A stretch of DNA of 48,882 bases from an uncultured Bacteroidales bacterium. Its GTDB lineage: Bacteria; Bacteroidota; Bacteroidia; Bacteroidales; SZUA-534. The DNA lies in the NCBI GenBank assembly GCA_964419235.1, contig CAYQPP010000001.1:1-48882 (forward strand), read 5' to 3'. The notes under the pieces are model-generated. The model was given only the letters and a program-made list of their open reading frames with translations. It was not told the origin of the DNA and did not search any database. Both the position numbers and the translations under genes were made by a program. Position 1 is the first letter of the stretch, and the number at the start of each line of letters is the position of its first letter. Below, piece after piece: positions 1 to 9,065 of the stretch.

Positions 1-50
1 ACGACAACAGAGTTACAGTCTGTCCCAGTTGGCCACTTTGGTATCTCCCC
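1..50 (-). tRNA. tRNA-Tyr (anticodon GTA), 5' part only, truncated by the window edge
   Basis: The reverse complement reads GGGGAGA-TA-CCAAAGTGGCCAACTGGG-ACAGA-CTGTAAC-TCTGT-TGTCGT. This gives an acceptor strand, a D arm and a 5-bp anticodon stem ACAGA/TCTGT with loop CTGTAAC (GTA). It then begins a long variable arm, as in bacterial tRNA-Tyr. Confidence 0.7.
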
Positions 51-141
51 AAATAGTTATTAAAAGAACTTTATATTAGGTTTAAAAAACAATTTTTATA
101 ATCCTAACAGGTCATAAATTACTCCTAATGAATAATTAGCG

Positions 142-215
142 AGCCGATGGAGGGATTCGAACCCACGGCCTGCTGATTACAAATCAGCTGCTCTGACCAA
201 CTGAGCTACATCGGC
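142..215 (-). tRNA. tRNA-Thr (anticodon TGT)
   Basis: The reverse complement GCCGATG-TA-GCTC-AGTTGGTCA-GAGC-A-GCTGA-TTTGTAA-TCAGC-AGGCC-GTGGG-TTCGAAT-CCCTC-CATCGGC-T folds as a cloverleaf. There is one T:T mismatch in the T stem, and CCA is not encoded. A Thr-then-Tyr order is typical of the tRNA cluster upstream of tuf. Confidence 0.85.
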
Positions 216-404
216 AATATTTTAAGAACATAATATCTACTTCTCAAAACGGTTGGCAAATGTAGGAAAATATTTTTTTAAATACACAAAAATAATTTTA
301 TTTTTTTTGTCATTTGCAAAAAATCTTTTTTTAGCTAAAAATACAGATAAAACTTTGACATGTATTTATTATATATAATACCTATTTATAGGTGCTGGAA
401 ATAT

Positions 405-433
405 TTAAAAAATGCCCCTTAAACAGGAGCATT
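405..433 (-). terminator. Intrinsic terminator downstream of hpf
   Basis: On the minus strand the hairpin is AATGCTCC-tgtttaa-GGGGCATT (one internal mismatch) followed by a T run. It starts 10 nt after the hpf stop. Confidence 0.6.
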
Positions 434-442
434 TTATATTTT

Positions 443-763
443 TTATTCAGGCTTTTTATTCCGTTGTTTTTCTTTTGTTTTTTTCAATTGCCGTGTTAAA
501 GCTTCTGTGGCCATATCAACAGCCTCTTCAAATGATTTTGCTTGTTTTTTTGAGAACAGGTCGTTTCGTGGAATCAATATTTTTATTTCAGCCACTTTGT
601 TCCCTGCATCCTCAGACTTGTCTAATCGAAGTGTAACTTCTGCACCTATTATATTGTCATAAAACTGATCAAGCTTACTTACTTTGCTTTCAACAAAGTT
701 TTCTAACTTAACATCTGCATCAAATCGTAATGAGTGAATTTTTATATTCATAGTTACCTCCAT
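443..763 (-). CDS. hpf: Ribosome hibernation promoting factor / RaiA family (short HPF); the true start is possibly the second ATG at 751 (MNIKIHS...)
   Basis: The sequence MNIKIHSLRFDADVKLENFVESKVSKLDQFYDNIIGAEVTLRLDK...AKSFEEAVDMATEALTRQLKK matches the sigma54-modulation/HPF fold pattern. The conserved position after the Xer-type gene and rpsU also fits. Confidence 0.85.
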   Translation of the reverse strand: MEVTMNIKIHSLRFDADVKLENFVESKVSKLDQFYDNIIGAEVTLRLDKSEDAGNKVAEIKILIPRNDLFSKKQAKSFEEAVDMATEALTRQLKKTKEKQRNKKPE

Positions 764-765
764 TT

Positions 766-1644
766 TTAAGCTCGCGGATGAGCTTGGTTATAAACTTTTT
801 TCAATTTCTCAAAGGTTGTGTGCGTATATATTTGTGTGGCCGACAAATTTGAATGCCCGAGCAACTCTTTTATAGCATTAATATCGGCGCCATTATTTAA
901 CATTTGTGTTGCAAAAGTGTGCCGCAAAATATGAGGGCTTCTTTTTTCAAGCGTGGTTACGCTACTCAAATATTTGTTTACAATTCGGTAAACCAATTTA
1001 TCGTATGCCTTATTTCCGTCAACTGTAATAAATACTATATTATGATTTATGGACATTAAGCTGCGTTGGTTCAAATAGTTTTCAATTTCTTTGCTGAGTT
1101 CAATTCCAAACGGAATTATTCGCTCTTTATTGCGTTTTCCGAGAACTTTTAATTGCCCTGCCTTTAAATCAATATTTTGAGTTGTTAGATTAACCAGCTC
1201 GCTTAACCGCATTCCGGTACTATAAAACATTAACATTATTGTACGGTCGCGAACCCCCTCAAAAGTTGTGGGGAAAACAAACTGGTCAAAAAGCATGTCC
1301 ATTGATGATTTACTTACAAAATGAGGTAGCCTTTTGCTCATTTTTGGTAATACCACTTTATCGGTAGGTATATTTTCAATTATCCCATCGCGATACAAGA
1401 ATTTATAAAAAGTTTTTAGTGTGGTAATTTTTCTGTTTACAGAGCGGGGGGTATTGCCATTCTCTAATAAAAAAATAATCCACTTGCGAATGATTTTATG
1501 ATCACCTGCAACTGGATTAAAATTTGAATCAATTTTGCTACAAAAACTTACAAATTGCTCTAAATCACTTTTGTAAGAGCGTATTGTATGTTTTGAATAT
1601 CTTTTCTCGTTAGCGAGATACCTAATAAATGAATCAATATACAT
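766..1644 (-). CDS. Tyrosine recombinase, XerC/XerD family
   Basis: It has an N-terminal SAM-like domain (YLANEKRYSKHTIRSYKSDLEQF). The catalytic motifs are present: RLSEL, HILRHTFAT and LGHSNLSATQIYTH (R-H-R-Y). Confidence 0.85.
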   Translation of the reverse strand: MYIDSFIRYLANEKRYSKHTIRSYKSDLEQFVSFCSKIDSNFNPVAGDHKIIRKWIIFLLENGNTPRSVNRKITTLKTFYKFLYRDGIIENIPTDKVVLPKMSKRLPHFVSKSSMDMLFDQFVFPTTFEGVRDRTIMLMFYSTGMRLSELVNLTTQNIDLKAGQLKVLGKRNKERIIPFGIELSKEIENYLNQRSLMSINHNIVFITVDGNKAYDKLVYRIVNKYLSSVTTLEKRSPHILRHTFATQMLNNGADINAIKELLGHSNLSATQIYTHTTFEKLKKVYNQAHPRA

Positions 1645-1683
1645 AGGCTAATAGTTGCCCGTATATCAAATGATTGGCAAATA

Positions 1684-1881
1684 CTAATTTGCTTCCTCTT
1701 CGTTCTGCAGCTGTTGAATGTAAACGGCTTTAATCATCTCTTCACGCTTGACAACCGACGGTTTTTTGTAAACTTGCCTTGATCTTAGCTCTTTAATTAC
1801 ACCGGTTTTTTCAAACTTTCTCTTAAACTTTTTTAAAGCTCTGTCTATATTTTCACCTTCTTTTACTGGTATTACAATCAT
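1684..1881 (-). CDS. rpsU: 30S ribosomal protein S21
   Basis: 65 aa, MIVIPVKEGENIDRALKKFKRKFEKTGVIKELRSRQVYKKPS, a typical S21 sequence. Confidence 0.95.
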   Translation of the reverse strand: MIVIPVKEGENIDRALKKFKRKFEKTGVIKELRSRQVYKKPSVVKREEMIKAVYIQQLQNEEEAN

Positions 1882-1917
1882 ATTACTTAAAATTTAACAT
1901 TCAGAATTATGAGGCTG

Positions 1918-1948
1918 CAAATTTAGAACATTGATATACATTAACAAA
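1918..1948 (-). promoter_or_regulatory. Bacteroidetes-type sigma-A promoter for rpsU (TTTG-N19-TAAATTTG)
   Basis: On the minus strand TTTG (1948-1945) is followed by a 19-nt spacer and TAAATTTG (1925-1918). This is an exact match to the TTTG / TAnnTTTG consensus. It lies 36 nt upstream of the rpsU ATG. Confidence 0.55.
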
Positions 1949-2126
1949 TTTTTATTGAATATTTTTTATAAAAAAATTTATCTGCCAATAAAGTTATAAA
2001 AATACACCAACAAATCAAATTAAAAAAAGCAAAAATACTATTCAAATTAAAATATAAGTTGTTGCATAAATTGAGTTAGCGGTTTTGTAGGTTGCGGGTT
2101 GCAAGTTGCTTCGGATATATAGATTA

Positions 2127-3032
2127 TTAGTAACGGATATAATGCTTTATTTTATTATATGTGGCACTATCAACTAAATGATTTTGTAATAATTCGGTTT
2201 TTGACTTAAAGCGCCCCATTAGTTTACGGTATTTCAAAATTGATTTAGTGTTGGTGTATGTTATGTACGGGTGCTTGTTTAATGATTTGAATTCAATGGA
2301 GTTTAAATCAATTTTTTGGATAAATGCAGTATCGATACTGATACTATTTTTTATTATATTATATGTTTCAACTTTTAAACCATATACTTCGTGTAACTGC
2401 TCAACTTTGTAATAGCCTCCAAGAAAATTTCGATAACTTACAATTCTTTTTGCCAATTTTGGGCCAATCCCATTAAGTTTTATCAAATCGATGCTGTCGG
2501 CTGTATTTAATTCAACCTGTATTATTGGTTCGTTGTTAACTTTGGTTGAACTTGCAGTTTTTAGCTCAGTTTTTTTTAATTTTGATAGTTTACCTATTGT
2601 TTTATTCGATGCATTTTTATTAATCTCAATAAACGGATATAATTTTTCATACATTTTATTATCAATAGAATATATTTTTTTTAAATCAATAGGTTTTATA
2701 AATACACCTCCGGCATTTCGATAGTTAATTAGTGTTTGTGCCTGCTGATTCGATAATCCCAATTTTAGCAAATTGGATTTTGTAATTGTGTTTGGATCAA
2801 AATTAAAATATTTTATAGAGGTAGTATGCTGCTTTTTATCTGCAATTGTATTATTTGATTCAAAGCGATTTAGTTGTGCTTCAAATTCAGTAATATCCAA
2901 ATTGGTATCTTTAGAATAATTATTAATAATTGTTGGAATAATAAAAACCACAACTATTAGTATAATCAATATTAATATACCACGACGCTCTTTTATTGAA
3001 TAGTTAAAATACTCTTTAATAAACTTTTTCAC
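2127..3032 (-). CDS. ComEA-like helix-hairpin-helix DNA-binding membrane protein
   Basis: It has an N-terminal TM segment (GILILIILIVVVFIIPTI). There are two HhH-type segments (LNTADSIDLIKLNGIGPKLAKRIVSYR, LNSIEFKSLNKHPYITYTNTKSILKYR). Confidence 0.65.
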   Translation of the reverse strand: MKKFIKEYFNYSIKERRGILILIILIVVVFIIPTIINNYSKDTNLDITEFEAQLNRFESNNTIADKKQHTTSIKYFNFDPNTITKSNLLKLGLSNQQAQTLINYRNAGGVFIKPIDLKKIYSIDNKMYEKLYPFIEINKNASNKTIGKLSKLKKTELKTASSTKVNNEPIIQVELNTADSIDLIKLNGIGPKLAKRIVSYRNFLGGYYKVEQLHEVYGLKVETYNIIKNSISIDTAFIQKIDLNSIEFKSLNKHPYITYTNTKSILKYRKLMGRFKSKTELLQNHLVDSATYNKIKHYIRY

Positions 3033-3094
3033 AGATAAACCAAGAATTGTTTAATACAAAAATACTGCAAGGTTATTTGTGTTTTTCATACATT

Positions 3095-4447
3095 TTAAAA
3101 ACTAAATAAACCTATGCCATATAAAAATACAAAAAAGATTGCAATGGGTGCAAGATAACGTACCGAAAAAAGAAATATCCTAAAAAACATGATGCGGATA
3201 GTCCCGTAATTTGACAATTCATCAATTACAATACTTTTATCTAATTTCCAGCCTACAAATATTGAAATAAGCATACCGCCAAGTGGCAACAGTATGTTTG
3301 ACGCAATAAAATCTAACAAATCGAAAATATTGTACCCTAAGAGCAAAAAGTTTTTAAGTGGTCCTATTGACAATGTACATAAAATACCGGATACCGTAAT
3401 AGTTGACGCTGCAATAATTGTTGCTTTTGTTCGAGTAATATTTTTCTCCTCAGACAGGTAAGCCACAACCACCTCAAGTATTGATATTGAAGATGTTAAC
3501 GCCGCAACCCCAAGCAACAAGAAAAATAGGATAGAGAAGATATAGCCCCCCGGTATTAGTTCAAAAATATTTGGCAGGGTAACAAAAACCAAACCTGGGC
3601 CTTCGGTAGGCTGTGTGTTAAAAGCAAAAACAGCCGGAAATATAGCCACTCCGGCAAGTATTGCTATAACTGTATCGGCAACAGCTACGCTAATACTTGT
3701 GCCTGTAATATTTGTGTCTTTATTAAAATATGATGCATATGTCATTAACACCCCCATACCGAGGCTTAAAGTAAAAAATGCATGCCCCAGCGCCACAATA
3801 AACAGGTGTGGCGTCAGTTTTGTGAAATCGGGGTTAAAAAGAAAACGCAAACCTTCGCTCCCACCTTTTAAGGCTATTGCGGTTATATCAAGATATATTA
3901 TAATAACAATTAATAATGGCATCAGTATTTTTGTATATTTTTCGATGCCCTTTTTTATTCCGCCCATAACTATTAAGGCGGTAAGTGCCATAAATACAAT
4001 TTGATAAATAACAGGTTTATAAGTGCCTGTGCTAAATACTGTAAACATTTCGCCTATTTGGTCAGCATTTTTTCCGGCAAAACTATTTTTAACAGCCAAC
4101 AATAAATATTCGATAGTCCAACTGGCAACCGTACCATAAAACGACAATATAAAAAAGGCGGCCAAAACCCCCATTACGCCAATTATTTGCCAAAACCCCG
4201 ATTTTGATAACGACCTGAAAGCACCAAAAACATTTTGTTGTGCTTTGCGCCCAATAATAAACTCCGACATCATTACAGGTATTCCAATTAGTGCAATAAA
4301 AACAAGGTAAACAACAAGAAAAACTCCTCCACCATTTTCACCTGCTATATAAGGGAACTTCCAGATATTGCCTAAGCCAATGGCTGAACCAGCTGCTGCT
4401 GCAATTACACCAAACTTACTTGTAAAACTATCGCGTTCAATTTGCAT
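3095..4447 (-). CDS. Sodium-dependent transporter, neurotransmitter:sodium symporter (NSS/SNF) family
   Basis: It has the NSS signature GSAIGLGNIWKFPYIAGENGGG near the N-terminus. The 450-aa protein is polytopic. Confidence 0.9.
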   Translation of the reverse strand: MQIERDSFTSKFGVIAAAAGSAIGLGNIWKFPYIAGENGGGVFLVVYLVFIALIGIPVMMSEFIIGRKAQQNVFGAFRSLSKSGFWQIIGVMGVLAAFFILSFYGTVASWTIEYLLLAVKNSFAGKNADQIGEMFTVFSTGTYKPVIYQIVFMALTALIVMGGIKKGIEKYTKILMPLLIVIIIYLDITAIALKGGSEGLRFLFNPDFTKLTPHLFIVALGHAFFTLSLGMGVLMTYASYFNKDTNITGTSISVAVADTVIAILAGVAIFPAVFAFNTQPTEGPGLVFVTLPNIFELIPGGYIFSILFFLLLGVAALTSSISILEVVVAYLSEEKNITRTKATIIAASTITVSGILCTLSIGPLKNFLLLGYNIFDLLDFIASNILLPLGGMLISIFVGWKLDKSIVIDELSNYGTIRIMFFRIFLFSVRYLAPIAIFFVFLYGIGLFSF

Positions 4448-4531
4448 AATAATGTTTTAATTAAAAATTAAAAAGCATCTACCACTAATTCGCTAAAGCG
4501 AAATAGGTTTTGCAGATTCCGGTATAACCAT

Positions 4532-6847
4532 TTAAAAAGGATAACCTACCGCAAAATGCCAAATTATATCATTATTGATATCAAAAGGTTTATTAAACAA
4601 AACCCAACTCTCTTTTCCAACCAATGCAGGGTCGTGAACCTTTATACCCCAATCAAATCTAAATACGGCAAAATCCATATCATAGCGTATTCCGAATCCG
4701 GTACCTACTGCCAATTGTTTATAAAAATCTTTGAATTTGAATACTGCCCCCGGGCGCTCATCGTCATCGCTTATTGACCATATATTTCCCACATCGATAA
4801 AAAGCGCTCCTTTCCAACTTTTATTTAGACTGTATCTGTATTCTAAATTAAATTCTATTTTTACATCAGCAGTTTGGTTTGGATATGAGCTTATCGAATC
4901 GGCTATTCTGTATGTTCCGGGGCCTAAATCTTTTGGGTGCCATGCACGAATACCCTCGGCGCCACCTGCATAATATTGTTTAACAAAAGGGATGGCAGTA
5001 GCATTTCCATAGGGGAAAGCCACCCCTGCAAATGCCCTCGATATTAATGAATTGTATTTACTTATATAATAATTATAGCGGTAGTCAATATCGGTTAAAA
5101 TATACTGTGCATATTGCAAATCGAGCATAGTATAATATCCCCCCTGAACCGTGTCTCTAAAACCAAGGTTTTTATGGATAAAATGAAGCAGGTTGCCGGC
5201 AGCACTAATATTCCAACGACAATAGCTGTAACTTTTATAAGCGTTTTTTGCTTTGTTTTGAAAAATCATACTGTAATTTCCGCCTGCAATTAGGTAGTCT
5301 TTATAACTATTTTCAAGATAGGTTCCTTTAATTGAGTCAAGAAATTGTTGAGTGCCGTTTACGTCAACCGAGCTAATATCAATAGGACTAAAAATATGCT
5401 TAATTGCCCTTAACCCATACCAATGATAACCCATACTGGCATTATAAATAGATCGTTTGTAATCGGGTCTGTCTTGAAAATTATACGAAACCGAGAAAAA
5501 TGTTTTCGGGTTATACTTTTTATAAAAACGCTCCATTTTAAATGGCAAAATAAACGACGGGGTTTCTAAACCTGCCTCTGCTCCATATTCAACTATATTA
5601 AAAGCATCGGAACTTTGTGTTTCCGATTGGCGCTGCAACGAACCCGATATTTTGATATTAAATATCTCAGCACCTTTAAATAAATTTTTGTGCCGGTAAT
5701 TAAAATAACCGCCAATGCCAAAATTGCCTTGTGTATTGGTTGTTTCAAAGTTAACCGAATAATTTTGGTAAACCGACGGAGTAAGCTGAACTACGCAGTT
5801 TATTAAAGAGTCGTTGTTGGGCTCGCTGTAAAAATTAATATTATTTAGCCTAAACAGTTTAAGCGAATTCAAATACTTTGATGTTCTATTAACTTTTGTG
5901 AAATTATATAACTCGCCATGAATTATGGTATTGGCCTTAAGTATAACCTTGGGTTTAATATTTATACCACCGGAGTATATAAAACCATACCCGTTATAGT
6001 AAGTTGTGTCAAACGTGCTAAAATACTTCTTTCGGTTGCGTATAGCTTTTTGGGGATGAAAATTAGGCAAAAAATAGACATTGTTAATCCAATATTTTTT
6101 ATGCGAAACCTCTTTCAGGTTATTAAGTTTATCTTGCTTTAATGCTTTTTTTAAGATAAGCGTAATATTTGCCTTTTTATGAAAGGTGTCAACTTTATAC
6201 CTTATATAATCGGGTTTAAACTCAAAATATCCGCTATCGCGCAATTGTGTTACAATCCTCCTTCTTTCGCCCTCAAGGGCTTTTACTGTCATCCGGTTGC
6301 CCGGAATTAGGTTTGTACTAACCGTATCGTGAAGAATTATTGGCTGCAAAACAGTGTCTTCTATTTCATAAAAAACCTTGTTTATTATTACCGGGGTTGA
6401 AGTAACTATTTTGTAGTCTATCCACGCTTTTTTATTTTTTAACAGAATATTATAATCAACATCGACATCATAATATGCTTCGTTTTTCAAAAATTTGATA
6501 AACTGCTCTTTTGTACGCTCCACCAAAACAGAGTCGTAAATTGAAGGTTCTTCGCCTATTACCCTACGCAGCCATTTTTTCCATTTCCGCTCTTTCCCTA
6601 ATTTTGAAAAATTATATGTTGCCAAATGAAATTTGAATATTAAAAGAAACCTTTTGTTCGGAAGCTGCCGATAATACGATTCAAGCTCCTTTTTATTTAT
6701 AGAGCCATTGTCAATCTCAATAGTATTTTTTTGCAAAAGATAATCGCCCGGCTCAACCAACCGTGTAGCCTTACAGCCAAATAGATTAATTGCAACTATA
6801 ATAATTGCAACATATAATATGCCTTTTTTTAAAATAAATTTCAACAA
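4532..6847 (-). CDS. Omp85-family (BamA/TamA-like) outer-membrane protein with a lipoprotein-type signal (TamL-like); TTG start
   Basis: It has an N-terminal lipobox-like INLFGC and a large C-terminal beta-barrel region. That region shows alternating aromatic/Gly patterns and ends in a terminal Phe (VGYPF), as in surface-antigen D15 barrels. Confidence 0.75.
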   Translation of the reverse strand: MLKFILKKGILYVAIIIVAINLFGCKATRLVEPGDYLLQKNTIEIDNGSINKKELESYYRQLPNKRFLLIFKFHLATYNFSKLGKERKWKKWLRRVIGEEPSIYDSVLVERTKEQFIKFLKNEAYYDVDVDYNILLKNKKAWIDYKIVTSTPVIINKVFYEIEDTVLQPIILHDTVSTNLIPGNRMTVKALEGERRRIVTQLRDSGYFEFKPDYIRYKVDTFHKKANITLILKKALKQDKLNNLKEVSHKKYWINNVYFLPNFHPQKAIRNRKKYFSTFDTTYYNGYGFIYSGGINIKPKVILKANTIIHGELYNFTKVNRTSKYLNSLKLFRLNNINFYSEPNNDSLINCVVQLTPSVYQNYSVNFETTNTQGNFGIGGYFNYRHKNLFKGAEIFNIKISGSLQRQSETQSSDAFNIVEYGAEAGLETPSFILPFKMERFYKKYNPKTFFSVSYNFQDRPDYKRSIYNASMGYHWYGLRAIKHIFSPIDISSVDVNGTQQFLDSIKGTYLENSYKDYLIAGGNYSMIFQNKAKNAYKSYSYCRWNISAAGNLLHFIHKNLGFRDTVQGGYYTMLDLQYAQYILTDIDYRYNYYISKYNSLISRAFAGVAFPYGNATAIPFVKQYYAGGAEGIRAWHPKDLGPGTYRIADSISSYPNQTADVKIEFNLEYRYSLNKSWKGALFIDVGNIWSISDDDERPGAVFKFKDFYKQLAVGTGFGIRYDMDFAVFRFDWGIKVHDPALVGKESWVLFNKPFDINNDIIWHFAVGYPF

Positions 6848-6979
6848 AACAATTTAAAAATTGAATAAATAAAGCACAAATATAAATATCCATAATAATC
6901 TTTTGCACCAATTGGGTAAAGTTTTGTTTATAAAATATAAAATAAAATAGTTTTATACTTTTGTTTAAAAATTGAATTT

Positions 6980-7744
6980 ATGCTTACGCAGAATAAAATT
7001 AAGTATATAAGGTCGCTTGATATTAAAAAAAACAGGCAGCAAAACGGCTGTTTTATTGTTGAAGGCGAAAAAATGGTTGTGGAATTAATTGAGAGTAATT
7101 TTAAAATTGTTGAACTGTTTGCTCTACCCGATTTTATTTCTCAAAATATTGAAAAAATAAAAAATAGATGCCCATTTGATGAAATTACAGAACGAGAGCT
7201 TAAAAAAATCAGCAGCCTAAAAACGCCAAACCAAGTAGTTGCTATTGCTGAAATTCCCAAATATATAATTGAACAAAGTTTGTTTACCTCGTTAAATATT
7301 GCCCTTGATAATATTCAAGACCCCGGAAACCTTGGCACTATAATACGTACTGCAAACTGGTTTGGCGTTAAAAATATTTTTTGCTCGCACAATACTGTTG
7401 ACACTTTTAACCCAAAGGTTATTCAGGCAACTATGGGGGCTATTTTTAGAACAAATATTGTTTATTGCGATTTGACAGAGGTTATTGAAAAAACAAAAAA
7501 CAGCAACCTGCAGGTTTATGGGGCATTGTTAGATGGCGAAAATATTTATTCCTCGAAACTGAATAACAGTGGTTTGATTGTTTTGGGAAACGAATCGAAG
7601 GGGATTTCGGAACCTATACAGAAATTAATTGACATTAAAATACGCATACCGAATTTCCCTATTGATTCCACTGCAATGGAATCGTTAAATGTTGGTATTG
7701 CCAATGCTGTTATTTTGGCTGAATTTAGAAGGCAAGCTAAATAG
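6980..7744 (+). CDS. TrmH/SpoU-family RNA 2'-O-methyltransferase
   Basis: The SpoU motifs are present: LDNIQDPGNLGTIIRTANWFGV, LVLGNESKGIS and ESLNVGIANAVILAEF. Confidence 0.85.
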   Translation: MLTQNKIKYIRSLDIKKNRQQNGCFIVEGEKMVVELIESNFKIVELFALPDFISQNIEKIKNRCPFDEITERELKKISSLKTPNQVVAIAEIPKYIIEQSLFTSLNIALDNIQDPGNLGTIIRTANWFGVKNIFCSHNTVDTFNPKVIQATMGAIFRTNIVYCDLTEVIEKTKNSNLQVYGALLDGENIYSSKLNNSGLIVLGNESKGISEPIQKLIDIKIRIPNFPIDSTAMESLNVGIANAVILAEFRRQAK

Positions 7745-8038
7745 AATTTGTAAAACTTAATAAATCTCATTAATTGCGTTCTGGATATATTCTACTTTTT
7801 AAATCAATTTTTATAGAGTTACCCATTTAGTTATCAAAGTCTTAATTGTGTGATTTGTATTTGGTATAGATAGTGCCCTTTGTAAATTAAAATACGACTT
7901 AAATGGGTAATCCTATTTTTTATTGTAAAAATGTCAATGTATTGATAGAAAAATGATTTTAACCTGAATATTGCAGGCTAAATATTTAGCGGTTGAGGGT
8001 TGTTTTTTATTTCACGCTTAGCTCAATTTGGGTGTAAG

Positions 8039-8818
8039 CTATTTTTCTTTATCGGGCGGAAACAGCTTTTGTAGCATATTCTGTTTTTTTAGTGGCCTGT
8101 CCAATAGTTTATTCAAATTGTTTTGTGCGGTAAGGTTTCTGTCCCACAGCTCAATGGCTTTTTCATAGTATTTTATGGTTTTGTCATAATTCTCCATATG
8201 CCGGTTAATCGTTCCTAAATTGGTATATGCTACCGAAAGCCGTCGCGGGGTTTCAAGTTGGGCGTCTTTTATTTCAGATACCCTTTTTGAAATAAACCTA
8301 TCATTCTCTTTTGGGGAATAGCCGTTAAGCCCGTTTAAAAAGTTATATTTTACTTTAACTTTAATAATTGAATCGGGTAGGTTTGAAAAGTTGCCTAACC
8401 AATTTTCATATATTTTTATGCTTTGCAATGCGGCATTTTCTGCCAAAACAAGCAGTGTGTCTTTTGTAAGTGTTGTTTTTCCGTTTAGGCTTAGGCTGTT
8501 GTTTTTAAAATATATTGCCATCGACAGGTATGCGGCCGCCCTGTTGTTGTATAGTACGCCTACCTCAAAAGAGTTGGAATAATGCTCAATAGAATTATAT
8601 ATATTTTCGATAGAATCGAGCAAATTGAATATTCCTTTGAAGTTACTGTTCTCGGTATAGCTGTCGTATTTGCTGTATAGCTCGCGGGCTTCAATCACCC
8701 TCGGGTCAACCGAGCTGTTTGCCAAGCTGTAATAAAAATTGGCTATGCCGAAGCCGATTAAAAAAAGGGCACCCATTATTATTATGAGTGCCCTTTTTGG
8801 ATTATTTAATAAATTCAT
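8039..8818 (-). CDS. Membrane-anchored TPR-like hypothetical protein
   Basis: It has an N-terminal TM segment (ALIIIMGALFLIGFGIANFYY). Helical repeats with TPR-like spacing are visible (AYTNLGTINRHMENYDKTIKYYEKAIELW). Confidence 0.5.
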   Translation of the reverse strand: MNLLNNPKRALIIIMGALFLIGFGIANFYYSLANSSVDPRVIEARELYSKYDSYTENSNFKGIFNLLDSIENIYNSIEHYSNSFEVGVLYNNRAAAYLSMAIYFKNNSLSLNGKTTLTKDTLLVLAENAALQSIKIYENWLGNFSNLPDSIIKVKVKYNFLNGLNGYSPKENDRFISKRVSEIKDAQLETPRRLSVAYTNLGTINRHMENYDKTIKYYEKAIELWDRNLTAQNNLNKLLDRPLKKQNMLQKLFPPDKEK

Positions 8819-8940
8819 TCGTTTAATATTTTGAGTTATTCAAATCTGAATAATTTGTATAAAAATTGTGATGCAAATATCTTAATTTTGTTGAATAAAA
8901 GGTGCTTCTTGCATCATTTTTTATATTACCTTAATTCCGC

Positions 8941-9043
8941 AACTGTCAGAGTTAAATACTTGATAGTTACGGTGTGAGTTTTTTTGAAAGTCTCATATTT
9001 TATTATTATAAATATCTTTAAATCAATAACTCACACCGTAACT
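8941..9043. repeat. Copy 1 of a ~105-bp dispersed intergenic repeat with perfect 16-bp inverted arms
   Basis: Arm AGTTACGGTGTGAGTT (8965-8980) pairs with arm AACTCACACCGTAACT (9028-9043) across a 47-nt AT-rich spacer. The whole unit is similar to 16548-16652. Confidence 0.75.
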
Positions 9044-9065
9044 CTGAAAAAACGGGAAAAAGATG

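Noticed and set aside
412-636. A 74-aa plus-strand ORF overlapping hpf, with similar small ORFs inside the NSS, SSF, SNF2, MCP and selD genes.
   Set aside because: They are fully nested in genes with strong family signatures on the opposite strand or in another frame. No independent evidence supports them.
1-1644. A tyrosine recombinase next to two tRNA genes, possibly the integrase end of an integrative element.
   Set aside because: The recombinase is XerC/XerD-like and sits in the rpsU / recombinase / hpf arrangement that I recall as conserved housekeeping synteny in Bacteroidota. I saw no repeat of the tRNA 3' end (att-like) elsewhere in the window, and no cargo genes follow.
4448-4531. 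Possible riboswitch or leader upstream of the NSS transporter, and likewise in the 260-nt region 11575-11835 upstream of the DUF4212-like/SSF genes.
   Set aside because: There is only a 6-bp hairpin (TTCGCT-aa-AGCGAA) in the first region and featureless AT-rich sequence in the second. I saw nothing resembling a conserved riboswitch core.
7819-7910. An 11-bp inverted repeat TTACCCATTTA / TAAATGGGTAA separated by 70 nt, between the convergent trmH and TPR genes.
   Set aside because: The arms are short and AT-rich and the loop is very long. There are no flanking T runs and no second copy in the window. This is compatible with chance in AT-rich DNA.
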